64,000 nt of DNA from the human T2T-CHM13v2.0 reference genome, Homo sapiens. The stretch lies in NCBI RefSeq assembly GCF_009914755.1, contig NC_060941.1. One strand, given 5' to 3'. This document shows, piece after piece, positions 1-12,599 of the stretch. A program made the translations under genes and the position numbers. Position 1 is the stretch's first letter, and each line of letters starts with the position of its first letter. Under the pieces are notes generated by a model, which worked only from the letters and a program-made list of their open reading frames with translations, did no database searches and was not told the DNA's origin.

Positions 1-618
1 GAGGGCAAGAGCTTTATCTTTTTTGTCATCTGATGCCCCAGCACCCAGCACAGGGTTAGAGTAGACGCTCAGTGCTGTTATTTCTTGACTACATGAATAA
101 ACATGCAATAATCGTTTGTCCTCAGGCTGGCAGAAGTCAGCACTGTGGGCCTGAGGGCATGCACTGAAGAGATCCTGACCATCCTAGCCCTTCCCTGCAG
201 GCTCCCCCTCTCCACACACAAGGCAACACTAGAGGCAGGTCCTCTCCAGGAAAGCACATCTCACAGGGGATATTTTAGGTTGTGATATGTTGCTTGGCAA
301 GAATATTCTTCAACAATTTGCTTTAAATATCAGAGGTGCCAAGTGTTTATAAACATAGGCTTATATTAATAGATAGTTGATTTCTTGACAGAAGCATTAG
401 GGAGAGGGAGTTTAACAATCACAAGCCACCAGCAGCTAAACGAGAACTTAGGACAAGTCAACATAATAATACTTTGGTCTGAAGTGACCAAAGACATCAA
501 TGAGACATGAAATCCGCTGGCAAGAACAAACAGAAACACACAGCCAGCACACATCTTTTCAGGAGCACAAACACGGCAAAAAGACAACCATTCCCAAACT
601 GGCCTGATTCAAGAGTCA

Positions 619-1113
<495 letters not shown>

Positions 1114-3740
1114 TCAGGTAATCCTTTCACTTCAGCCACCACAACCTTAAAAATAGGCACATTTGGATAGAGGGTAAGAGGCCAAATCTGTCCACCTGCC
1201 CAGGGATGCAAAGCCAGGCTCCCCACTGTGCCCTCTGGTCCATTCAGAGGCAACATCCCCCAAGGTGGCAGGAAGCTGGGGTAATGGGAGCAGAGTGACC
1301 AACATTTCCCTCCCTCCTACTAGGCAAGAAGGGTCCCAAGGGAAAGGGTGGTGCAGAACTCAGGGGTGGCTGACGCATTCCGGCCCCACCCCTGGGGCCT
1401 CATTAACTGCTACTTTCCATTGAGGTAATGGGCTGGGGGTATCTCTTGCTGGCGTCACTGGTGCTGGAGAGCAGAGAACCCTCAGCATCATCTTGCCTTT
1501 CTTCCTGCCTCGGGCCTGACAGTTTAACCAGGGACCCCTCCAGGCCCGGAATCCAGGAGGAGGCTTCCTCCAGCACACAGACCACACCCCAAAAGAGGTG
1601 GTGCCATCCTCTTCCCAGAGCCAGGAGAAATCTGTCCTAGCTCAGCCCCTCCCCCAAACACTGGCCTTCTCCCAAAGGGGTAGGCCAGGGCCCTCAGTCA
1701 TCCAGAGACTGTCAACAGGATAGAAACAGGAACACTGAGCCTCGCGTTCCTGGAGAGCAGGAGAATTTTTAATTACCATGTTTCGTCTTAAGTGTACACC
1801 ACTCTCTTTATTTATTTGTTAACTTGGCTGAGTCTTGGCTGCCAAGCCAGTGTGCCAGGGTCTGTCCCCAGCTCCATCCCGGTACTAAGATGGAGTTTAT
1901 CTGTCTGGGGACGAGGCAGATGATTAAGGAGGGGGTGGGAAAAGTGCCAAGACAGCATAATGCCCAGAGAGAGAGAAAGAATTTTAGGGACTCTCCTTTC
2001 AAAAAGGGGGGTTAGTAAAAAAAGAGGAGGGGCTTGGGGGGTCTCCCAAGCTGGATTCTGGAAGAACTGAGAGGTTAAAACAGAGATACACTGAAGCTCA
2101 CCATAGGTTAGCCACCCACACTACATATGCTCGGTCACCCTCTTCCCAGGATCCAGTCATAGGGTGAAGGGGGTAGAGGCATTCTCCAGAGCTTCTGCTC
2201 CATTGTGTCACCGCTGTCCCTTACCCTGCCCCCACCCTGGCAGCCTCTGTACTGGAAGGAACCAGTTCACTAGTTGTGGAGGGGACATATTTGTCCCCAA
2301 GAGTCTTCAGGAAGGGGAAGAGACAGAAAGATGGAGAAGGAGGCATTGTAGCTGGGAAAGATTAGGGAGGAGATTAACCTCATCCCTCCCCACAGACATG
2401 CCGAGGCACCAGTGTACATGCACTCGGACGCATATTCAGGGATGCACACACCCTAATTCCTTTTACTTCACTCTTGCAGCAGCAAGACAGCACAGGGTGA
2501 AATGTGCCCTCCATGCATGCCCTCCACACATGGGGTCTTTTTTTGACCTACAAATATGATTGGGACAGCCAAAGGGCAAAGGGACTGGAGCCCTTGGAGG
2601 AGGGTTGGGGAGCAGTGATTCCTGTGAAAAGGGGAGCGCAGATCGATCGATCCCTTTGAGAATCTGATAAAAGCTATGGGTCATTCTCTTCCTAAAAAAA
2701 TCCATACACCTTTATGTATGGTGCACTTCCAGCAATTTTACACACAGTATCAGAGGGATCAAGGATCCCAGCAACCTATCCATAGGGCTTCTGGGAATCC
2801 ACAGACCTGAGCCTCACACAAAGGGGTCATGGCCTAGAGTCAATGGCCCTTACTACCAAATAGACAACAAAGTCATTTTCCCCAAGGATTCAGGGCTCCT
2901 GACAAGCCTGGAAAGGAACCTTGGACAAAAAACCAGCATATCTTTTACCATAGCCAGACACATATTGGGCTCAGCCTGCCTGAGCCTGGGTCTCCCTGTA
3001 GCAGCCTGATTCTTTCCCCAACATCTCAACAGATCCCAGGCACCCCCAAATCAGACACGCCCTCCTAGCCTCACATCATTCACCCCTGTGTACAAAAACC
3101 CAACCCCAAGGATATGTGAGCTGCCTCCATAAAGCCGCACTCACACTCACCCTTCAACGCCCGGACGCAGGACACTGAACCTGCAACCACACTGGAATCT
3201 TCCTGTATCTGCCCGGCTCCAACCTGTGCCTCCTCCAAATGCTGTCTTCACAGACCCACCCACACTACCAGGACCCCCCTGCTGCTTCTCTTCAAATTGG
3301 GGCTTTGGAAAAAACCAAACTGAGAAAGGGAGGTTGGGCTCTGGTCCCCTTTCCTCCTAATGCGTCCCACCACTGGCAAGTTTCCAAAGAAGCTAGTCCC
3401 TCCCTGCCACCCCAAAGCTCCCCATGGGTTGCCGGGGTCACTGACCTGGTGGGAAGAGACAGGAGAGGAGGCTGGGGTGGTGTTGGGATGGTGCAGGGGG
3501 ACAGGGCCCCGGCAGCTGCATCTGTCTCCGCAGAGAAAGTGAGAAGGAGCGATCGGCCTCAGCATCCCCCCCTCAGACCTGGCCATCCATCACCAGCTGG
3601 GAACCTGAGCTGCTCCCTCAGAAGGAAGGAGAGGGAACCAAGGAGATCCCAGCGCCCACCCCCCTCACCTCCGCCTTGCAATCCCCACCCCACCTCCCCA
3701 CCCACTGGATTTAAATGTACAGGGCAGCAGCATGTAACTA

Positions 3741-3751
3741 ACACACACACA

Positions 3752-3782
<31 letters not shown>
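3741..3782. repeat. Compound (CA)n(CT)n(CA)n microsatellite
   Basis: Direct read. Confidence 0.9.
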
Positions 3783-5449
3783 TTGCTGTCACACCGACAC
3801 TGACACAGACAGACATTTGTACCCTCTCCAGACCCCTGGCCAAGGGGTGGGACTTCCAAGGTAGAGAGATGAGAGCATTTTCCTCCCCCTCCCATCTCAA
3901 ACCCAGGCACAGATGGACCAGCTGCTGCCAAAATGCCAACCTCAGCCCACCCCTAGCTCACAGCCCTAGGAGCTGCCCACTGTGGGGACTCTCAGCTGAC
4001 AGGCAAGGAATGAAGCCCGGTGAGCCAGAGAGAAATCAGGCACTGGGAAAGGAAGTCTTTGAGAGCCCACGGAAACTGACACCTCTGCATTCTTCAGCTC
4101 TAGCCCAGCTCCAGAACCTCAGAAGAAGGATGGGGAGACGGGGCAAAGCTCTGCCTGTAAATTGGAGCTGGGCATGCAGGACTTGCAGGGTCGGGGATGA
4201 TGCACACAATACCCTCAGAACCTCCAGATCCCTCCAGCACTCACACAGCCATTCAGCCATTATTTCCACAAAATGTCTTGAGTGCTTGCTCTATGCTAAA
4301 TAGTCATTCTGTCAACATATATATTTTTAGAATATCATAGTGGGCAAGACAGACCTAGTCTCACTCCAAGGATCTAGTCAGGGGTCATTTTCTTTTTACT
4401 CCGAGCTTCTATGGAGAGTTCCAGGGTAGTTGGATTTGAGCTTTAAAAAAATTAGATACCCAGGGTGGAGGGATGAGGAGATCCTAAGGAAAATACCTCA
4501 AAAAGACCTCAAAAAAGGAGTTCCTAGTGTTTTGGCTTCTTCATTTTCATAGTGTTAAAATAAACCCTAAGATGGGGGTAGTTAACCCTTCCCTCTCAGA
4601 GACTGTCTAAACCACCATTTTCCCTCCCACCTGCAGCCCCACCAGCGACACCCTCAGGCCCCACCAAAACGCACTGAAGAATCCAACCAGGAAACCTCCT
4701 GAACACACCACTTCCCCATCAGACCCAGCCACGGACCCAGCCACGGACCCCACCCCAGCCAGCTCACAGCTAACTCCCCAGCACACAGGAAGGGGGGAAT
4801 TTGCCTGGAGGCAGAGGTATTCAAGCGGGATGGAAGAGGGAGGAACACTTGCTATTAGAATTACAATCAAGGCTATTTGGGGAGGGAGCCCTGGGCTCTC
4901 TGTGCCAAAGGACTGCCGAAAAGAATTATTTAAACTTTTGTTGTTCTTTTGGCTTGGACAGTAAATTGTTTGGTGCTGGGGGTTGGGAAGAAGAGAAACC
5001 CAGGGGATAAGAATCAATGCTTGGGCAACTCTGGAGGATGAGTGACAAATTAATTTCTCCCCCCACCCCCCACCAACAACACCCCAACATGCACCTTGGC
5101 CTGGCGGCTTCTGCAAAACAAACTTTACAAATGAAAATTTCAACCAGGAAAATGGGCCTGGGGCCAAGTTCCATTCAAATAAGCAAATACCCCACACAAT
5201 GGTCTGATTCATCCTCAAGCCTAGTTACACAAGCCTGGCTCAGGGTAGAGAAAATAAATATCAATATAAGTGTCCACGCTGGGTGCTGGGGTGAGTAGAG
5301 TGGCAAGGGACCTGGGGAGAGGGCCTTGGAGAACTCCTTGAGGCAGGGAAGGGAGAGGAGAAGTGTAGGGCTTAGGGTGGAATACCAGGGGCTACGGAGT
5401 GTCCCCCTGTCCAGCCTCCCAAAATAGAAAAGGTCACAAAACTACTCAC

Positions 5450-5497
5450 CTTCAGCGAGCCACGTCTCCTGGAAGTGACTTAGATCCTGGAAGAGAT
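5450..5497 (-). CDS. ETV4: ETV4 coding exon 4 (48 nt), DLFQDLSHFQETWLAE, PEA3-family acidic activation domain
   Basis: Acceptor tttacccctcag|ATC and donor GAAG|GTGAGT; phase 1 to phase 1; DLFQDLS..QETWLAE is the conserved ETV1/4/5 transactivation motif. Confidence 0.97.
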
Positions 5498-5667
5498 CTG
5501 AGGGGTAAATAGTGGAATTGGAGGTGAGGTGGAGGGGACGGTAAGAGAGAAGGGGCCCTAGCAAGACCCGGTGACTCCCCTGCCTTGGGAGTAGGGACCG
5601 AGAAGAATGACCAAAATCCCTTGGAGGGCGAGTTTTTTGGGGAAACAGGCGGGGGTTCCAGAATCGG

Positions 5668-5670
<3 letters not shown>

Positions 5671-5712
<42 letters not shown>
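5671..5712. repeat. (TG)21 microsatellite in ETV4 intron 3
   Basis: Direct read. Confidence 0.97.
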
Positions 5713-5713
<1 letters not shown>

Positions 5714-5750
5714 CGGAGGAGGGTCGCGGTTTGTCTCTCTTGCTCTTTAC

Positions 5751-5844
5751 CTTCAGAGTCGAGGGGCGGCAGGGAGCCCGGGTCCATGAGCTTCCCCAGC
5801 GGGCCGATCAGCGCTTCGCGCAAGCTCCCATTTCCGGGCGATTT
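5751..5844 (-). CDS. ETV4: ETV4 coding exon 3 (94 nt), KSPGNGSLREALIGPLGKLMDPGSLPPLDSE+G
   Basis: Acceptor ttctcgcag|AAA and donor GAAG|GTAAAG; frame continuous with exon 2; peptide recognised as ETV4. Confidence 0.97.
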
Positions 5845-6034
5845 CTGCGAGAAGCGGGGAGAATGCCCGCGAGTCACCCTGAGGCGCTTAGTCTGGGGGA
5901 CGAGGTTGGGGTCCTCGGGTGACTCAGGGGCGGGGCAGCCCAGGACTCCGCTGGGACTGCGGGGAGGGGGGCTGTGGTGAGAGTAGGGGCTGGGTGCGGG
6001 GCGGGGCGGGCGTGGAGGCCGGCGCGGCGCTCAC

Positions 6035-6094
6035 GCTGCTGAAGGTGTAGGGCACTTGCTGGTCCAAGTATCCGGCTTTCATCCTCCGCTCCAT
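6035..6094 (-). CDS. ETV4: ETV4 first coding segment (exon 2 CDS), MERRMKAGYLDQQVPYTFSS
   Basis: Minus-strand translation matches the recognised ETV4 N-terminus. ATG at 6094-6092; donor AGC|GTGAGC with GT at 6034-6033, phase 0. Confidence 0.97.
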
Positions 6095-6145
6095 CCGGCC
6101 GCTCCCTCCGGCCGCACGGCCGGGGCCCCAAGCGGGGGCCGAGAC
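6095..6145 (-). other. ETV4: ETV4 exon 2, 5' UTR part (51 nt)
   Basis: Acceptor ccctccccccaccag|GTCTCGG with AG at 6147-6146. Confidence 0.85.
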
Positions 6146-6337
6146 CTGGTGGGGGAGGGGGCTGCGTTCGCACACCGTCCAGGGAGGGCTGCGATGGGGG
6201 CGGGGAGGGGGCAGTCCCAAGGCTCTGGGTCCGACGGCGAAACTTCTCCGACTCACTGGGGCGATGGCGAGGTTTCCGCCTGCCAGGCCGAGCGCCACCA
6301 CCACTCCCCTCCCGCCAAAGGCCAAAGGAGGTCCCAC

Positions 6338-6408
6338 CTGCTCCCAGGAGCCGGGCTCGCCGTTTCTGCTTTCTGCAGCCCTGCTTTACCCGGGCTCGGT
6401 TACATAAG

Positions 6409-6410
<2 letters not shown>
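6338..6410 (-). other. ETV4: Candidate alternative non-coding first exon 1b of ETV4
   Basis: Donor CAG|GTGGGA (GT 6337-6336). A second possible donor CCA|GTGAGT lies at 6256-6255. ETV4 is known to use alternative first exons; this assignment is inferred. Confidence 0.5.
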
Positions 6411-6464
<54 letters not shown>

Positions 6465-6476
6465 CGCGCGCGCGCG
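6410..6476. repeat. (TG)24-TA-(CG)7 alternating purine-pyrimidine tract
   Basis: Direct read. Confidence 0.97.
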
Positions 6477-6665
6477 GAGGAGCAGGCGAAGCGCACACCA
6501 TCGCATGCCCACAACTCCCGCGCCCCCTCCAACCCTGAATCCCAGCACCTCCCACCCCCGCCCTGGAATCTGCGGAGGCGGGTGGTGAGAGTGAGTGTGG
6601 TGTGCATTGGAGGCGAGGCGGGGAATCACAGACACTCTCCCTCCCTTTCCCTCCCGCAGCCTCAC

Positions 6666-6820
6666 CTGAGGCCGGGGCGTCTGGGCTGGAGCCGCGGGGG
6701 GTCCCGAGCATGCCCTGGAGCCCGCACCGAGGGCCGCGGGGCTAGGCCGGAGTAAGGCGGCCCCGGCCCCGGGTCCCCAGCGCACCGACTTGTTTTTCGG
6801 GCGCAGCAGACAGTTGTGAG
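6666..6820 (-). other. ETV4: ETV4 non-coding first exon 1a (5' end approximate)
   Basis: Strong donor CAG|GTGAGG (GT 6665-6664) just downstream of CCAAT and GC boxes in the CpG island; the TSS cannot be fixed from sequence. Confidence 0.75.
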
Positions 6821-6829
6821 CCCGGGGGA

Positions 6830-7020
6830 GCAGCTGATTGGTGCATTTCCTTCGCTCGGCCTCAGCTCTCCACCCCCCGCCCCGCCACACCGCCCCCCGT
6901 TTCCCTTTGTTTCATTGACTTTTGTGAATGGAACCCCAGGGCTGGGCACGCCCGCCAATCCGGAGAGTCGTCCGGCCTGGCCGGGGGGCGGAGTTTCCCA
7001 GCCGCGGGGGCCAATCAGAA
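6830..7020 (-). promoter_or_regulatory. ETV4: ETV4 proximal promoter: three CCAAT boxes, GC box, TCF/SOX-like site
   Basis: CTGATTGG ~6834-6841, GCCAATC ~6954-6960, CCAATCAG 7011-7018; CCCCGCCCCGCC ~6875-6886; CCTTTGTT ~6904-6911; no TATA box. Confidence 0.7.
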
Positions 7021-8840
7021 TGTAGGGGTTGGCTCCCGGCTTCATTCAGTGCTCCGGCTCCCATTCATAAAAAAATAAAACTCGCGGCTGGAGTTCATTC
7101 ATAAAGAACCGAGAGAAAAAGAGAGAAGCCGAGGACCCCGCGGCTTCTTCACCGTCTCGCCACGGTCTTGGGTCTGATGCGCCGCGTGCTCCTCCGGCTG
7201 GCGTCTGCACACGTCTCTGCATCTGCGTGTACGTGGGAGTATGAACATGTCTGTGTGCGCCCAGGAGGGAGGCGACCGGGCTTGTGTGCCCAGAGGAACA
7301 ATAATAACTAGCATTTATGAAGCGCTCCGCTTCCACGTGCTCATTTCGTTCCCATAACCCGGCGAAATGGATCGTTTGTATCTTACAGATATTAAAAATG
7401 AAACTCAGAGAGGGATGGTAACTCTCCTGAGGTCACTCAGCTAGTCAGCACCTCTGGGGTTTACAGCCTCAAATCCCTCACACTCTCCTGTACACCCCTC
7501 TGAAGCCATGATTAAATGAGTTAAGCTATGTGACAACTGATACACAGTAGGTGATCAATAAATGTAAACTGGCACAGAATCCAGGCTTTTCCTCAAGGGT
7601 CTGTTCTCTGCAGAGCTGTTTTGTGACCCACTTTCTACTGATTGCAGCAGAAACCAGAAGCCCCAGGGTAGATGATTTCCGAAAGTGTAGCTCCCTCTCA
7701 GCTATCTTCCCTCTTATCTGAGAGCCAGCAAAAGGAGCAAAAGCCCCAAAGGTTCTGATGATCTGGAGGCAGGATGGGTTTCAGTTTTAGCTAAGAAGCT
7801 GGTCATAGTCTCTGTCATCTCATCCATTCACCACTTCTTTCAATAAACATTTATCGTGTCAGATACAGTGCTGGGTTCCAGGCAAGCAGCTATGTCCAAG
7901 ACAGACATCTGAGGGGACCTGGGGTGCTTGGGCTGTGGCCATGGGGGCACAAAGGACATGAATCCTCAAAGGCCTTTTTGCTGAGACAATTCTCTATGTC
8001 TCCAGCCTATGCACTCCTTTGAGGACAGCCTGATTTTTTATCCTGCCTGTTTGTGATAAACACAAAAGAATGTTCAAATGCCAGGCCAGCAGGAGTGGCT
8101 TCCCAAATTCATCTAACCTAACACCCGCCACTTTACAGATGAGGCAGTGGAGTTTCAGAGAAGGAAATGACACATGTAAGCTCTTTGGGCCTGTCTGGCC
8201 AGAACTAAGGCTAAAACATACAATTGCTGTTTAGTGTTCATAAGGGCTCATTCCATGAGATCTGCTTGTGCAAATGGAAGTAAACTTCCCTTTCTATAGG
8301 TGCTGTAATATTCTATAAGGCTCATGTCTATTGTCCCTCTCCTCCAGGAAGCCTTCCATGATAGCCTGAATCAGTTCCTTTAGCCATATACAACATTCTT
8401 GACTATATCTCTGGTGTGGATGTTTTTCATCCTGCCTCATGGTATAGACATCCTTATCTATGGAGAGCTCTCCAGAGCTCATTTGCCTCTGAAAGTCCTC
8501 CTCAGCCTGTTAGCATGCTTATGAGGGTGGCATGAAATGCTTGTGTAGTGAATAGGTACAATAAAGACCAAATTAATTGAGCTTAGCAGGAACCCTGCCC
8601 AAGGAAGGAGAAACAAGCCCAAGCAAATCCCAGCTTTGGGCTGGATGGAACCAGTTTAGAGACAAGTGTGAGTTCTGGCCAAGAGAAGTGGAGAGGAGGA
8701 CAGAGGGCTCTTCCTGGAAGGCAGCTTTGATGTGGTCTCCATGACAACGAAGAAGAGTCCAGTAGGTCTTTAAGTTGGTACTGGGCACTTCAGTAGGATG
8801 GGACCTCTCTAGGGATGCCAGTGCCCCTCTGGTTCTGAGT

Positions 8841-9377
<537 letters not shown>

Positions 9378-10873
9378 CAGGTTCTGAGTTCTTATATTCT
9401 TCTGGAGGGCCCCTGGCTCCCTGGTGAGTAAGTGCCCCCTCCACATTCCCAATCCTCTCCAGCCCTGGCAGAGGCTGAGTGGCCTTCCTCCCTCAGGCTA
9501 AGAGAAGATACTGCTGCTGTCACTGACCTCTGATTGAATGTCCAGGCTCAAAACAGTGATATTTCCAAGGGGAACATTAGCCTCTTACACCACTGGAAGT
9601 AGTTGGTGGGGAGGGTATAGAGGGGCTGGAATTTCTGTTGGGAATCGAGTCACAATAACCGACATGTACAGCCATGCCCTGCTGTAAGTGCATGACCTGC
9701 ATTAACTCAGGCAACCTCATAACGATCCTGTGAGGTAAGTATTAGGATTTTCATTACCATTTTACAAATGAGGAAACAGAGCCCTCACAAACACACATCT
9801 ACCCCAAGGCCCCCCACAACAGACTGAGGACCACCCCAAATGGACTCACAGGCATGCAGACACTTTGAACTCACAGACTCACAGGCATGCAGACACAACA
9901 GGCCAGATGGAGGCCACACCTGAGCCAGAGATACACAGGAACACTCTTGGATGCAGGACGCTCACAGTCCCCTCCTGGACACACAGCTTCGTGGACACAT
10001 GCAGCGTACTCCCTGACACCCTCCAGCACATCTTTGGTGGGGGTTGCACAGGTAAATGCTTCTTTCCCGGCTACGCTAGTAGATTGGGGGCTGAGCTCTG
10101 ACCTGTTTCCCAGGAGCCTAAGTTATAAAATGTAAATGTGAGGCTTTGATATGCAAATGTTCATATAAAGGCAGGCTGTGGCTTGCTCAGGAGACTGGAA
10201 TATCAGAGCACTGTGATGAGTAGGGAGAGGAAGCTATAGATTCATCTGGATCAGACATCAAGGTGGCTCAGGAGCCATCAGAGAAGCAGGCTTTCCCCAG
10301 GGCAGGTTTCAAAGAATGAGCGGCATAGGGCTGGATTTGGTTCTCTGGGTTGGGTTAGCTGGGGACATCCTGTGGGTGACCTATGCCATGTGACTGTGAG
10401 AGAAGGATGGAAGTATCCTCAAGGCCTAGCTTCCTCATGGTCTGGAAGAGCTGAGTTCCAGAGCCTTAAAGGGTGGAATCCAGTGGGGTAACCTTGGGAG
10501 ACAGCTCTGCAAGGTCAGATGGATGAGATAAATAGGGTCAAGTAATGTCCTATGTCCCTTTAGTGTCTCCCAGACTGGAGACACTAGAGGAATGAACCAG
10601 ACAGAGGGGTCAGGTGGTGGGGATGAAAGATGGGGAGCCTGCGGTCCTCCCCATGGGCTGGTGGGTCAGGATGACCAAAACATGCCACTCTTTGACTTCC
10701 TTTTGTCTTGTGTCATTGTCCCCTTTTCACATTGCTTCCTCTAAATTACAGGGCTTCTGGATGATGGGTACGTGGATATGTACCCCTGAAATTAACTGCC
10801 TGCACCAAGATGCCTGGTGCACATTTTTCTTTTTCTTATGTATTTATTATTTTAATGTTATAGAACTAAGCAG

Positions 10874-11190
10874 ATTTTTTTTTTGTGGAGGAGGTGCAGG
10901 GACAAGTTGTCACTATGTCACCCAGGCTGGAGTGCAGTGGAACGATCATGTCTCATTTGCTGCAGCCTCGACCTCTTGGGCTCAAGCGATTCTCCCTCCT
11001 CAGCCTCCTGAATAGCTAGGCCTACAGGTGCTCGCCACCACGACTGGCTAATTTTTAAATTTTTTGTAGAGATGGGGTCCCACTATGTTGCCCAGGATTG
11101 TCTCAAACTCCTAGGCTCAAATGATTTTCCAGCCTTGGCCTTCCAAAGTGCTGGGGTTATTATAGGCATGACCCATCATACCCAGCCTGG
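10874..11190 (-). mobile_element. AluJ
   Basis: Diverged reverse Alu with J-type gcagcctcgacctc/ggctcaagc. Confidence 0.85.
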
Positions 11191-11658
11191 TTTTTATTTT
11201 TTAATCATAGATGTCTTTACAAATATCTTGTCAATATATATCACCTTCAACATGGTTGGAAAGGCACCACTTTTGGAGAACGTGCTGGGGAGGGAGGTAA
11301 AACAACTACTTCCCTTGTTCCTCTCCATCTTTTACTCAGCCTGAGATCTCTCTTGAGACTCCAAAGAAATGGGGCTCTCCTTCAGCCTGCTAGCTGGGAG
11401 TATATTGGGCTAAAGAGGAAGCGCACAGATAAAGCTGATGTCTTGCTCAATTCCTAGGGGCACCCTGTGGAGGAGGAGAGCAGTCTCCATATAAAAGTTC
11501 TAAAGATGAGGACTCTTTTTCCCTTGGGTGGTGCAGGCATTGGACGTCCTCAAGAATCTTGGGAGAAACAGAAGATCAGATTGTCCCAGCCTGACTCATG
11601 AAGGATTTCTTCTGGCAGACAGAGCAGACCGAGATGCAGTTAAGAGTTTGAGGTGGGA

Positions 11659-12113
<455 letters not shown>

Positions 12114-12258
12114 TCACCCCCACTTGTGTGTGACAGTGTGACATTCCCAGGAGTAAAAGAATGAACACAATGACCTCTGTGGAGCCAAATCTACAAGGGA
12201 TTGTTTTAGAATTATTTATTGGGGAAGGAGTGTTACCTTCTGAGGAGCTGTAAATTGA

Positions 12259-12599
<341 letters not shown>

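Larger units (their letters stand above)
5710..7370. promoter_or_regulatory. ETV4: CpG island spanning the ETV4 promoter and exons 1-3
   Basis: Very high GC and CpG density relative to the CpG-depleted flanks. Confidence 0.9.

Noticed and set aside
2641-2760. Similarity to ~59445-59500 (gaatctgat.aaagcta...ctct.cct..aaaaat..atacac)
   Set aside because: Most likely two copies of an ancient hAT-type DNA transposon rather than a locus-specific duplication.
3239-4303. 354-aa plus-strand ORF antisense to ETV4 intron 4
   Set aside because: Pro/Ser/Arg-rich, runs through a microsatellite (THTLSLSLSL) and has no recognisable domain; best explained as a chance ORF in GC-rich DNA.
5452-5877. 141-aa ORF containing KSPGNG...DSE
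   Set aside because: This is ETV4 exon 3 plus intron read-through, not a separate gene.
5874-6890. 338-aa minus-strand ORF across the CpG island
   Set aside because: Unspliced read-through of introns and the CA repeat with a non-ATG start. Only its exon 2 portion matters, as part of the spliced uORF reported above.
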